In this document: in pieces, positions 12,972-25,615 of the stretch
Layout of the letters: every line of letters starts with the position of its first letter
Position numbering within the stretch: position 1 is the stretch's first letter
Origin: Trichinella spiralis
Taxonomy: Eukaryota
Direction of reading: 5' to 3'
DNA: 64,000 bases
Assembly (NCBI RefSeq): GCF_000181795.1
Contig: NW_003526943.1
Span: 9,594,849-9,658,848 of the forward strand
Notes under the pieces: generated by a model
Told to the model about the DNA's origin: nothing
Databases searched by the model: none
What the model saw: only the letters and a program-made list of their open reading frames with translations
Made by a program: the position numbers and the translations under genes

Positions 12972-14817
12972 TCATTTTGAAATTTTTTTACTTTTTTTAT
13001 GCTTGTACTTTTTTCCACTTTTCCGCATTTTTCCCTTCTAAAATAAAAAATCCAATACACACGAAAAGTATAAAGAATAATTAAAAAATGCTTTCTAATC
13101 ACAATTTTGACAATTGGTATTTAGATACAAAATAAATGAAAAAAATATTAACATACACATAACTGCCTAACAAATAAAGATATGCTTTAACAATGCTTAA
13201 AACTATTAAATAAAAAGGTTTAAGAATAATTTTAAAAAACACATACTTTAGAAGTAACAGGCTGAGCAAAATCAGGAGCAAAATCAAATAAGCTGCTAAA
13301 GCCAGCTTGAAAATCCATCCGATTTCGACGTTTCTTTTTTGGATCATTTAATCTAACCATATACTCTTCTTCATATCTAAATTTACGAAAAATAGTACTG
13401 ACGTATTTCGATAGCGACCGCTAATAATTATGCATACTCTGTGCGCCTCTTCTGTTCGTTTCTTTCTTGTCGTCGCATATAACTCACGTGATCCTAGAAC
13501 AAAAGTAAATTATTCAAGTTATACAGCGAAACATACGCCTTTCACTTACGATAATTTCTTCAGGTCCTTGAGAGTACTGTTGTTTAAGATCTTCAATCAT
13601 GCTCGAATGAGTGACACGCCTACGAATACGTTCCGCGTATCTATCCTTTGGTTCAACTAAAGCAACAACCCGTGAAAGGTTAAATTTATCAATTATAAAT
13701 TTATTGACAGCATTTTCAAAGAAAAATTGAAACGCGAGAAAAATATATTCGCAACTAAGTAATAAAAAGAAAATTATTGAATAATGTAATGAACATCATG
13801 TGAAAAACGATTTAAAAAATCAGCAAATGCCAAGTGATAAACAAGAAAAATAAATAAGAAAACACCATAAAAATTATAGTACACTCGCGTTTAGTTGCCA
13901 TTTTTGTTACTAAAAATATTTTTTATATTATGTTGGATCTGCAAAAAATATTTGAAGTATATGTACAACTTATATATTGTATAGAATTAATATTAAGTTG
14001 AAACAAGTTCCATTTTTCTTTAAAAATAACTAAGCATTTTAAATTCACACTAAAGTAAATTAATAATTACCATACGGAACAGCCATTAATTTTGGAGGAA
14101 CATATTTCTGAACTTCGTTCGCCTGTTTCTTGCACTTATCTTGCGTTTCCAATTCATCAGAATCTTCACTTTCAATCTGAAATTTGAAAACAAAAAATAA
14201 TATTCACCTGATCACACAAATAAAGCGTTACTTGATCGTCCATTGCTTCTGGCTGAGCTTTAAAACCAAGAGGGTCAACATCACCTAGATAAGTGAAATT
14301 CGTGAATAATGAAATTCGAATATTAGATGCAGCGTTTAATTACCAACTGTTTTAGAGCTCACTGATTTCAACAGCTTTTCAATTTGATAGTTCATCTTTT
14401 CTTCAATTGGACGCGTTCTTTCTATTACCTTAAATTTATAGATGAGAAAATAAACATATCCAACCCTTTATTACTGTGCGTATTTCAACTAATCGATCAA
14501 CCACTGCATCTCCTTCAATTGTATGTCCATCAAGCTTCTTCAATAAGATGTAGTTAAGCTGAATGACATAACTCAAAAGTAGATGAAACTTCATTTCCAT
14601 TAAACTTATTCCCTTAAAATAATTTTTATTTAACGTAACTGAAACTATAAAATCGGTTTTAAACCAAATAAAACGTATGGTGTACCTTTTCCCTGTAAAC
14701 CATTTCCAAAACAAAATCATTGCATTTATGCAGAAATTCTTGCAATAAAGATGTGTTCGCAATAATATTATCATATAATTCATTCAACTTCTTGCGATCC
14801 ACTAATAGATCAGACAT
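12972..14817 (-). CDS. NGDN: Neuroguidin (Sas10/Utp3/C1D family, SSU processome)
   Basis: Spliced minus-strand exons give GISLMEMKFHLLLSY...VVDRLVEIRTVIERTRPIEEKMNYQIEKLL, KYVPPKLMAVPY, YEEEYMVRL and a Lys-rich C-terminus. Confidence 0.88.
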
Positions 14818-15509
14818 CTTTTTCACCTGTAAACATGTAAAAAAAGCAATCAGAAGAGTTCTTATATATGAACAATTAAAGAGTATTTTTTAGTAATCAA
14901 ACAAAGCAGAAAAAATCAAAAATAATTTCATTAAATGTATCCAAAAAAACTTTCAAAATTTTTGGTTCCAAACATCTTAGTTATTCTCAGCTATAACAAA
15001 TTTAACTGGGCTTTTACATATCAATATCCACCTTTAACTTCGCTATATTTTCTTTTAAAAATGTCACACTACGAACCTCACCTTGAAATACCCGACAATA
15101 CTTTATCAGCTTTTCAAAACCAAATTCTAATTTCGCGATCTCCCTATTTAGTATGAATCATTAGTTGCAACATTTATTGAAGTTCGTTGTCGTTCTAAAT
15201 GGAATATCTGACGATTAGTCCATTCAGGTAGATTCTAAATACAACCAAAATCATTAGTACAGTAATGCAATGAGAAAATCAAGTTATGTTTACAATAATT
15301 TGGCGATATGCTTATTTGAAAGAAAAACCTTTTAATGGGTAATGAAAATTAAGTTAAAGTAAATGAATTCGTTTTTTTAGAAAAATTGTTTTTTATTTAC
15401 AACTACGATGCGCTAAGATAAACGACACATTTCCATTTGTTGATGCTAAATCATATTGCCAACTGTTGATGAAAAGAACAATTCATTTGAAACTTGATAT
15501 TCAATATAC

Positions 15510-15667
15510 TGTAGTAACGAATGGATATATATGGATATAAAAGTGTGTCTGTGTGTGCGTTTGCAAATATACCTTGTGTTTTTAATAAACTCAGTTCCGT
15601 CACTTTGTTTGTTGTACTTCTTTGACTCCTTTCTCAAGCAACTGTGTTTGTGTTATTTGATCTTACA
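15510..15667 (+). mobile_element. Degenerate LTR-like fragment
   Basis: TGTAG...TTACA ends; AATAAACTCAGTTCCG resembles AATAAAGCCTAGTTCCG in the 4266-4500 insert; no TSD found. Confidence 0.4.
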
Positions 15668-16790
15668 TCTGTTGTCTCGATTTACGTGATAATACAGATC
15701 AAACTCAGCAAACCTCAACACCAACAGTCAAGATCAGTCGACGTTCAACTTTAGTGGAATGTACAGAGCTATTCGCAGAAACTCGAACTTTTGCTGCAAT
15801 TGAAAACAGTTTTTATAAAATAATAGCTCAAGTCTAAGGTGTAAATATGCTTATCTAAGTACACTCATACCCATCTTTATCTACTTACATACACGACCCT
15901 ATCCTATCACACAGCAATAATACAACATCAACAGCATCAAAAGACTCGCCGCATTTCTATGCTGAATTCATTGAGTGAGCTGACATCTTTATACTTGGGG
16001 CAGGGCAGGTGACGCAGCAGTTGCCATGGCACAACTTTCTGTGATAAAGCGACAGTAACTCCAAGAACAATAAACAGAGTTTCTAACAATTAAGTATAAA
16101 ACCAAAAACAGTAATCAGAATCAAAATAATGTTTTTTACAGTTAATATATTCATGGTTCAGCATGACTGAATGTATCATCACATTTTTATCACGAATCAG
16201 TGATTTTAGTGCTCAAAAACCTATTAAAATTAATTCAAATTCACTGCTTTTTTTCGAGACACGTTATTTCTAATATGATTTATTAGCTTCATTTTATTAT
16301 TGAATTGAATCTTTTTTATAAAAATGAACAATTTTTATTAGAAAAGAATTTCATTGAAATATGTAGTTATCAATAAAAACGAATAAGATGCAAAATATGT
16401 AAATTATTAAAGTTTATAAAATATGAAAATTAAATTTTTTAATAACTTTTTTCAAATTATGCACTACTTTTAAAAAAGAATGTGATTGGCTTTGTTTGTA
16501 CAAGCTTCTTTTGTTTCTCCTCAATGCCACATTGTTTTTTCTTAACTAAAAATTACTTTTACCCCCTTTGACGCAAATACGATCACCGAATTTAACACTG
16601 CAATGATAAGTGATGAATCAGGTGAACTTTTTAACATCCATTCTAATTTTATAATTGACATTATTTATTTGTCTTTTTAGTGCATTATTAAATATTGTTT
16701 TCAATTACATTTTAAAGTTTAAAGTTTAAGAAAATATTTTAAGACTTTTAAAGTTTAAAAAATAATTTTGAAGTACCGTTCGCATTGTCA

Positions 16791-17354
16791 ATGAATGAAG
16801 CAAATGCAATCAATTTGATCGTTGCAAGCATGCCGAAAGGTTCTCGAAGCTCTTCACGAAGTCATCGCAGTAAGTATCATGATCTGCGTCGACGTAGAAG
16901 ATCTTCTTTATCAAGAAGCAACAGAAAGAAAATAAAATATATCATGGGAGAGCTGACCAGAAGAAGCCGATCAAGATCTCGCAGTTCTTCAAGCAAATTG
17001 ACAATTTCTGAAGGTTCTTCATTAGCATATTGTGCCGCATGCAATCAGCCAGTTGGATGGTTGGAATTATGCCCTGACTCGAAATTTGACACACCAAGAT
17101 ATATGGAGTTTCAAAAGAGAAGCAAGAAATCGATGATGAAAAAGCGGCATAAAATGAGTAGTCGTCATTTAATCCGCAGTCGTTCTCCATTGCGTTTAGA
17201 AAGGGTTGCGCTTCTTGAAGAAAAAGTAGAGAAAAGGAAGCATCGTAAAAAAAGACGTCGTTCTCATTCTGCAAAGAAACGAAGATCCAGAAGCCGAACA
17301 CGTGGACCTGTACCATGCCGTGGAATTATTTATGATATAAAAAAGAAATTTTAA
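16791..17354 (+). CDS. Intronless Arg/Ser/Lys-rich basic protein (protamine-like/SNBP candidate); start may be 16830
   Basis: ORF with RRRRRSSLSRS, RRSRSRSRSSS and KRKHRKKRRRSHSAKKRRSRSRTR tracts and a central YCAACNQPVGWLELC segment. Confidence 0.75.
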   Translation: MNEANAINLIVASMPKGSRSSSRSHRSKYHDLRRRRRSSLSRSNRKKIKYIMGELTRRSRSRSRSSSSKLTISEGSSLAYCAACNQPVGWLELCPDSKFDTPRYMEFQKRSKKSMMKKRHKMSSRHLIRSRSPLRLERVALLEEKVEKRKHRKKRRRSHSAKKRRSRSRTRGPVPCRGIIYDIKKKF

Positions 17355-17847
17355 TATGTTTTAAATCTATAACCTCATTTATTAGCAACACTGTATTTAA
17401 CGAAACGTTCACCAATGAGTTTTTGATTCATAAATTATTTGTATTTATTTTTCTAATGTAAAATTAAAAATTTAATTTAAGCATTATAAAGAGTGAATTG
17501 TTGTTTTTTAAATAAAATTTATCGTTTTTTAAATAAATAAACTGATATAGCAGCTATAAAAAGCATCATCTGTTTTGAATTGTTTTTAAATGTATTGTGT
17601 TACGTTATACAATAGAGGGATAGTATTTAAATATAAATTTAAGTTTAAAATGTGTATATTTATTTATTCAAAGGAGTTGAAACATTAAATCTGAACAATT
17701 CATTGTAAAAATTGTTTTTTGACAACGAACAGATAATAATTTTGTAATTTTATCAAATTTTCTGTTTATATTAGCATTTAATTGATAACAGCGGAAAATA
17801 AGGGTTTGCACATAGTTGGTACCTACTCGGATTGGTTTCAGCTACTT

Positions 17848-18311
17848 GATTGGTGAATAGTTATTTACTAAATGATGGCGTAATATAACCATAGTATAAT
17901 TCGCATTTGTTTCTTGTTATAAAATAAAACTGTTCATATTACATCTGTTCGCATGTAAAGCTTATATCTGAAGCTCAGAAAAACGTAAATCTGAAAAAAA
18001 TCAAACAAATGCAAACAATATATCATTTAAAATAAACATGTAATATAACGCCTACTTAATATGAACAGTATGAAAAATAGAATAAAAAACATTAAGTCAA
18101 GATATTTGATTATTTGATTTGATAACATAATTCTTTTAATAAGAAGCAAAAAATGAAAAACCTATAGAAAAATAATTTTAAAAAAAGAGTAAAACCCATC
18201 CGCCAATCACAGATCTAATCAGAATAGCCAATGATTGCATTATTTATTTATATAATTACTTCCTTGTTCATAGTTATATTACGCCAACATTTAGTAAACA
18301 ACTTTCCAATC
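17848..18311. repeat. Degenerate inverted repeat (possible old MITE)
   Basis: 17848-17892 is the near reverse complement of 18270-18311; inner pair CTGTTCATATTA (17930-17941) / TAATATGAACAG (18057-18068). Confidence 0.55.
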
Positions 18312-19127
18312 ATAAATTAACATAAAATAGCCAATAACATGGTTGAAACAGACGGCCAATCAAAACGCAATAGCAAAAATCTCGATCTGCATTAAGGAAG
18401 ATTAGTCTACTTCAGAGCAGATGCTCCCTGTTTGTTGTAGACCTGTCTCAGCAGCTACCATTGCTACAGATCGTATGTCTTCTAAATGCAACAAGTCTGT
18501 AGACATGGTGATTTAGATGGCAGGAGAAGCTGTATTCAAAGAACAAATGCATGCACAAACTTCGTAGGGGGGAAGATGGGCAATAGCACAAATAAATACG
18601 AATAGAAACAAGAACAGCAAACGAACAGCGCGTAAATATCAGTTTCAATGCATAAGCATAAGTAAATTTCACATTAGCATTAAAAACTGACAATTATATT
18701 TTGCAAAAGTGCTTAAAAATGCATATTTTACTTTTATTTTCATTCTTGTTACTTTTACTTTTTACCTGCTTGTAATTTTTGAAAGATTTATTTCTAAAAT
18801 CATTTCTCAAAGCAGAAGATTTGTCTATGAATAACAGCAACACAAATGATTCAGAATTAATATTTGTTTCATTTAATCCCAAATGTAAACATTCCTGACA
18901 TTATTCATTGCACATTTCCACATAATTTCATTTTGTAAATTGACAAATGAATAGGAGAATGTCTGTCAGTGTTTAACGCTGGAGTCGGCGTTATTATATT
19001 TTAATTTTTTTCCATACAGTAAGATCCGACCAATATGCGGTAACAACAAGCATTCAGCAACAAGATAAAGTATTGCTTGCCTGTTTAGAATGCTTAATGC
19101 AATGAATAAAAAGGGCTTTAAAGTTCT

Positions 19128-19199
19128 TTCCCATGCCGGGAATCGAACCCGGGCCTTGCGGGTGAGAGCCGCAAATCCTAACCACTAGACCACATGGGA
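19128..19199 (-). tRNA. tRNA-Glu(CTC)
   Basis: 72-nt cloverleaf TCCCATG...CATGGGAA, A box TGGTCTAGTGG, anticodon arm TGCGG-CT CTC AC-CCGCA, B box GGTTCGATTCC, T-run downstream. Confidence 0.97.
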
Positions 19200-19865
19200 T
19201 TGCTGAAAAGTTTTTAATACATTAAATATAATTGTAAAATTTTATTGACAGCTTGGTTTTTACTTTTTCATTTTTCATCATTATTTTTCAGAAACGTCTA
19301 TTGAAATTTCAAAATATTATCCTTTCAGCCAGTTATTTGAATAAACATGCTGTAATACCACGCAAAATAAAATTAAATGCATATGCTTCAATAAATTGTC
19401 ATAATTATTTTTTTTTATTTTTAAATTTTAATTTTTTGAATCATTTACTTTTGCATTATAGTAATTTCTTAGATTTCTGCTTGACAGTCAAGTTACTGTA
19501 CACGTTTTTCTAATTTGAGCCTGTTGCTATAGTTTTCTACGGTTTGGTTTCTGTTTGCAGTATTGTTTCTTAGTTTGCTGTTTTGTTTATTTTTCAAAAA
19601 TCATAAGCTTCGGATACTGAGAAATTCTGTTAAGGGTTTCTGTGGTGATTATTTATTTATAAATATTGTCAGTGGTTGATAGAAATATTAATTCTTTTCA
19701 TCTATATAATATTTTCTGTAATGTAAATATTAACTAAATTTGAATATATTTTTTAGTCCTTTTTTAAAATGAATTTTGTACACCTTCGAAAAGAATACCC
19801 AAATAGAATGAGATTATGGTTTCAAAATTATTTTAAGATTTATGAATGATCGACTTTGCTGATTG

Positions 19866-20817
19866 ATGTCGAGAAAAGTGGGCAAGAACAATTTCACCGA
19901 TCTGAACATCCTTTACAAGCAGAACGAGAGTAGAGAATTGATCATCTCGATCATCAGGTTCGCATTCCAACAGCTCGGCTATTCTACCGTAGCGGTTAAC
20001 TGCGAACAGTTGTACAGCTATGCTAAGAGTTCCAACGCGGCTTGTTCGAAACGAAAGCGTCAGCAAAGTTCGGTGCCAGAACCGTTTGTTGTCGATCCGA
20101 CGGAAATTGACATTCTGTCTTTGGAAAGTCGAGGCGAACGGTTTAGGGTTTTTTCCAGACTGACGCTTGTGGTCAATAGTGTCGAACGACTGCAAGAATT
20201 GCTCAGCAATAAGATTATATCCAACTACGATATCATTGCCGTATGTCCGTTGAATGAGACCACTTTCGACATGGCGGCCAGTGATTCCCGAGTTCATTTG
20301 CTCACCACTGATGTGACGGCGGACAATTTTTCCCTATTTCAAGGAAACAGATTGAATGAGGCAGTGCGAAATGGAAAATACATTGAAATATCCTACTCGC
20401 CTGCGATAATGGACACTTCCATCCGAAAGGAAGTATTTACTTGTGGGCGAAAAATTTTCAGGTTTTAAATTAATAATATATTTTTAAAATAAGCATAAGA
20501 AATTGATGTTGTTCAGGACTGTTGGTGAAAAGGGAATTATTTTGACTAGTCGTGCAACGCGTCCAATGGAAATGCGAGCTCCGTACGATGTGATCAACAT
20601 TAGTCATTTGTTCGGCATGAATACAAACGAATCACGCTCAGCAATCACTGTAAATCCACAGCAGTTGTTGCTTGCGGTGGAGGATAATAAATCCAAACCA
20701 AGAGAGCAGGATGCAAATCTTTCACTAGCGACTACTTCCAATGTACGTTTTGAATTACTGAAAAAACTTTCACAAGTTCCCGAATTTAACGTTCAAATGG
20801 AGTTTCGTAATAACTAG
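19866..20817 (+). CDS. RPP30: RNase P/MRP subunit p30
   Basis: Exons 19866-20461 and 20517-20817; FTDLNI, QLGYSTVAVN, FSRLTLVV, YDIIAVCP, EISYSPAI, IILTS..EMRAPYDVINISHLFGM. Confidence 0.92.
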
Positions 20818-22242
20818 TCTGAAAATTAACAATTGTATTAAAACTGTAGTCAACATTACATTAGTTATTTTGATTATTTTTTTTTGTAGAAATAACACCG
20901 AAATACAATTCTTTGCTGTGAAATAACTGTTGGCATAGTTTTTATATCAAATGAATTTATTTTTTGATTATCAATTTTAGCTTTCAGTTCTCATTTATAT
21001 TTTGGCAAACAATTATTTTAGCATTTCGAAAATACGATTATTAAAATCAAATAAGCTAAAGTTTTAGCAAAAATGATTAAACTCATACAGTTGGAAATTT
21101 TCTGGATAACAAAAATAACTTATAATGCTGTATAATTTAACTTTCATTAATAAAAATTAAAAAAATTGCAACCTCTTCATGAAAATTTGCGAAGCATGTT
21201 CTTAAGATATTAGAAGTAAACTTGAAAATCTTTAATACTGTATCTGTGACACCGAAATTAATTGTACACTTTAAAAAACTTTTAAATGGTAAGTTTTTAA
21301 ATTTTATATTTATAATGTTCTATTGTTTAAATTTTTAATTTTATCTTCCATTTTATTCGAGTTGTATTTTATTTTATGCTGTGTGTATTTTGTACAGGTA
21401 AATAAATTTATCGAAAAAGCCAGGTAATATGAATTAAATAAAGCAGTTTTTTATTAAGTTATTAGCTAATGAACATAAAATCAAGCAGAAATGAAAAAAA
21501 TTGAGTTTTGAAGGCTCGGATGCGAAATAATTTTGATAATTTAAGATTTTCATTAATGTAGAATATCTTTTTTAAGATTGAAATATAGCTAGTTGTTGAC
21601 AATATGTGGTGGTGAAAGTATTTTATGGCACTCAAAGCAGAATGTATCTGACGAGTTTGTTGTTCGAAAGCAGAAATAGCAGGATGCATTTGCTTATGAT
21701 GATGTCAGTATGTTGATAAGACGATTGACCACTTTCTTCACTGGCGATGGAGATGAGAACTTTTGATTAATTTGTTAATCATTTAGTCTTGCATCATTAA
21801 AAAAATAAATTAACAAATTTATTTTTTAATATTCAAACATTTGTTTTAAACATCGATTAGCAAGCGCTAAATGTCTTTTACCCATATATTAAAAATTGGC
21901 GATGTAGAAAACTTTATATTGGCACGGAATATATGTGTTAGCCACAGTGGTATTGTTCAAAAAATTGAAATCATGGATTTCAGTAACAGTGAAAACACAG
22001 TAATAGCATGGCATTTATTGTTGTATCACACTGTGTGCATTGTTTTCAACAAAAAGTACTACAAGAGTTCAACAGGTGTACAGCATGTATTCATTGTTTT
22101 TTAGGCATTTATAACGCAGTAGGTATTGAAATGTATTTTGGGCAGTTATTTCTTTGGAAACTATTATTTAAGCATGAAAATTAGTTTGTTTTCGTTTATT
22201 TGGTTTTTATTTATAATGTTTTTTTTATTCTTTTTAGAAGAA

Positions 22243-22989
22243 ATGGCATCTAAAAAGTTACCGATACCAGTGGATGATGTAATTACTCTGGTTGCGAAGG
22301 TGAGCGAGCGTGTTTCTTTGTCAGGGGCAACTGGACATTATCGGCGATTTAAATTCGAGAATGTTCTATTCAAAGATTATTCGGCTAAAGATTTGAGAAA
22401 GGTCTGGCGTATTTTGCGCCTCAGGGCTTATGGGGAGCATAATCTAGTCCAGGATGTACAAGCCATTGAAGAATATATTGCCAAGTTACAACCACTGGCA
22501 ACCGATAGACCGAAAAAACCACTCACTGCTTACGTGTACTACGTTACAAAGCGCTATTCGAAGTTGCGTTCGAAAAATCCTACCCTCACTAACTTAGAAC
22601 TTGTGAGAATACTTGCGGAAGATTGGCGAAAGATGGATGCTGAGAAGAAAAGAAAGTATCAGCGACATTATGAAAGTGAGAAAGAAGACTACAATCGTCA
22701 GATGGAAGAGTTTTATGAAAAACATCCGGAGTTAAGAAGTTCCCATCGTAGGAAAAACGTGCCGAAAAAGGAAAAAGCTACTGTGTCGAAAGTGACGAAC
22801 GATTTACCTTTTATGAAGTTCATGGAAAGTCGATCGAAAAAGTACAGCGAAAAGTACGGTTTGAAGGGTAAAGATTTACGAAACAAGTTGAGATACAAAT
22901 TTGAAAACTTGTCTGACGAAAAGCGAAGGAAATGGATTTTGCGCGCAGAAAACAGCGAGGACACGTTTATATCCAATGGAAATAAATAA
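22243..22989 (+). CDS. UBTF: UBF (upstream binding factor)-like HMG-box protein, compact form
   Basis: Single exon after a TTTTTAG acceptor; N-terminal FENVLFKDYSAKDLRKVW, HMG box PKKPLTAYVYYV...FYEKHPEL, second box ending LSDEKRRKWILRAE. Confidence 0.75.
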   Translation: MASKKLPIPVDDVITLVAKVSERVSLSGATGHYRRFKFENVLFKDYSAKDLRKVWRILRLRAYGEHNLVQDVQAIEEYIAKLQPLATDRPKKPLTAYVYYVTKRYSKLRSKNPTLTNLELVRILAEDWRKMDAEKKRKYQRHYESEKEDYNRQMEEFYEKHPELRSSHRRKNVPKKEKATVSKVTNDLPFMKFMESRSKKYSEKYGLKGKDLRNKLRYKFENLSDEKRRKWILRAENSEDTFISNGNK

Positions 22990-23906
22990 GTTAGAAAGCA
23001 TACGAAATTGCTACTTCAGTTTGAAATTCAGTGTTTTGTTTTTAATTTATTTCTGGGTTTGGGATTATTTATAATTTTTTATTGTTTTGTCAAATGCTTA
23101 TGTAGATATGTTTTACTACAGAATTTTGAAAGAGAAATGAGTATTTGTTTAATTATGTTAAATGATTGTGCTACATCACTGTAACTTTTTCTGTGAATTC
23201 AAACTGTAATACTTTATGGTTATATGATTGAAAATGTATTCTCTATACAGTAGTGGTAACCACTATATGTGTTAAATGAGTTGCGAATTTTAGCTGTTTT
23301 TAATTTGCTATGAAATTCTGTGTTATAAATAAAGGTGCATAAACTGATACTATTCAATTACAATGGTAAACCTTCCGCTCGTACTGTCCGTATTTTTTCT
23401 TTTCTGTTGGTGGTAATGACATTCAATAGGTAACATTATCTATCAGCAATAAATAATGCTTTTATAATCATTACATTTAATATTGTCAGTTCATATTTGA
23501 TTTGTTTATTATTGTCGCAACTTTCTTATATAAATGTGATTATAGATAATCAGGTACGTGGACTGTAACTTAGGTCTTGCGCCAATTCAACTTTCGGCAA
23601 ATGATGTCTTACTTTTTGTGCGTGTCAGTATTATCTGTATGCAAATACTTACACTTATTAAGTAAAACGATGATAAATTAGATACACATCATTTGAAACG
23701 CTACACAGTAAAATTAAACAATGAACAATGATAGGAGTTCGGCTGTCATGTCTGGCTAGCAATAATGATAATAATAATTGCGATGTTTTTTTCTCACGCA
23801 CACATATAAGGAAGATCTTGACATCGTGGCAGTATCAAATTTATAGTAAAAAAAATAATTACAATTGCAATAATTCTATTATAAATATGCATCAGGCAGA
23901 ACTTTG

Positions 23907-23952
23907 ATATATATATATATATATATAAATATATAAATATATATATATATAT
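23907..23952. repeat. (AT)n microsatellite
   Basis: Interrupted ATAT run. Confidence 0.9.
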
Positions 23953-24236
23953 AGAACAATATACCAGAACAAACTGATCGAAATTACTGTAAAATTGAAA
24001 ATTCCCATCTTCATGGATTAAAATTCCAGGATCACTTAAAGTATTATGAATTTATTTTTAAAATTATTTTTGAATTAAATTATTTAATATTTTAATAAAT
24101 TATTGATTGCTTTTTTCCAATTTAATTTTACCTATGTTCGCACAGCGAACGTTTACTTGAATAATTCTAAAATACAGTATGAGTATAGCAAACTTTTTTT
24201 CATCGAAGTGTATCTGAATATACTGCTTAGCCTGTG

Positions 24237-25092
24237 ATGAATCCTAAGCAAGGACTTTCACTGGTAGATTATGAAAACTCATCACCATCATCGTCAGGTA
24301 CGTTCATGTGATAATTTATTTTGTTTACTTTGTCATTGTAGATGAGGATGATAATCCAGTACATGCGAATGATGAGGAGCCAGGGAACTGTGATTACTTT
24401 GGGTTTTCTCATCAACCGAATGATGTTACTGAAATAACAGAAGATGAATCAGTGGAAAATTTAGCAGATGGGCATAGTGATGAAGTAAATTTAAGCATAT
24501 CACTGTCCGGAAAGGAAGAGAGTAACATTTCTGATAGGCGGCTTCCAATATTTATGTCAGACGTTGAATGCAATGTCCAGCATTGCGGGTATGAAAATCC
24601 TCATGAACAGTTGTTTTCATATGGATATACAGATCAACCAAATTTTGAAGAATTAAATAAATCGTCTTTTACGCAAACGAATACTGAAGCGATTCCGAAA
24701 GTACGACGTCTTGATAATGAAGAAGTGTTTGATTTAATAAAGAAATATGAACTTGATCCATATGGGATGGAAATGCCAGATAATATTGAAATTATTGACG
24801 TTCGGGGAGATGATCAAGTTGGATCTTCAAAACAAAATGTTTTACGCGGTTTATCTCTTGCAAAACCTGCTGTCAGTATTGGAAAAAATGATTCCAAAAA
24901 GCCAAATATTACTGCTAAACGAAAGCATCAGATCACATATTTGGCTCATTTAGTGAGTTCTAGTTCAGCGTTTTTGTTTACTGTAATATCATGTGTATAA
25001 TTTAGGCTACTGAAAGAGAAGAGCAGCTGCAGCAGCAGTGGGCTTCAAATCGCCAACGTCGTCAAGACGCTAGGAGAAAATATGGATTTTAA
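24237..25092 (+). CDS. PRCC: PRCC-family protein
   Basis: Exons 24237-24297 (LSLVDYENSS), 24342-24952 and 25006-25092; C-terminal KRKHQITYLAHLATEREEQLQQQWASNRQRRQDARRKYGF*. Confidence 0.9.
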
Positions 25093-25543
25093 TTCATAGT
25101 TATAACTGAAATTTTGTTGTTTCAAAAATTAAAATTTTCGTTTAAAACTGTTACTCAACTTGGGAAATGGTAATTTTATAAAATGAAAACAATTTTGGGT
25201 AATTTCCATCCGAATTTTTGCGCCATTGAAAATGCGCTGGCAAAACTATGCTCTGATCGGATTTTAATTTTAATTTTAATTTTCTTAATAATTATATTAA
25301 AACGAGTAGAATTTATATTATGGGTTAGCTTAAATTTTCATTTATGAATATGATTGAATAAAAATAATGTAAACTTATTTTTAGTATTCTTATAAATTGT
25401 TTGTCTTGAATGAAAAACAACCAAAAATTATGTTAGTATGTCTGAATTTAACCTTTGAATTGTTTCCGATGGACAATTTAATTTTATCTCTTGTCCAAAG
25501 TAAAGCTTCTTTAAAGGAAAAAAGTAAGAAGAGCATTCCGTCC

Positions 25544-25615
25544 TCCCATGTGGTCTAGTGGTTAGGATTTGCGGCTTTCACCCGCAAGGCCCGGGTTCGA
25601 TTCCCGGCATGGGAA
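25544..25615 (+). tRNA. tRNA-Glu(TTC)
   Basis: Same 72-nt cloverleaf as 19128-19199 but with anticodon TTC; TTTT follows. Confidence 0.97.

Noticed and set aside
16020..16036. RFX X-box-like GTTGCCATGGCAC (also GTTGCTAGGCAAT near 43453)
   Set aside because: Imperfect second half-sites and no adjacent ciliary gene.
21590..21770. Exon-like or C/D snoRNA-like stretch (ATGATGA) upstream of the UBF-like gene
   Set aside because: In-frame stops, no terminal CTGA box, no recognisable homology.
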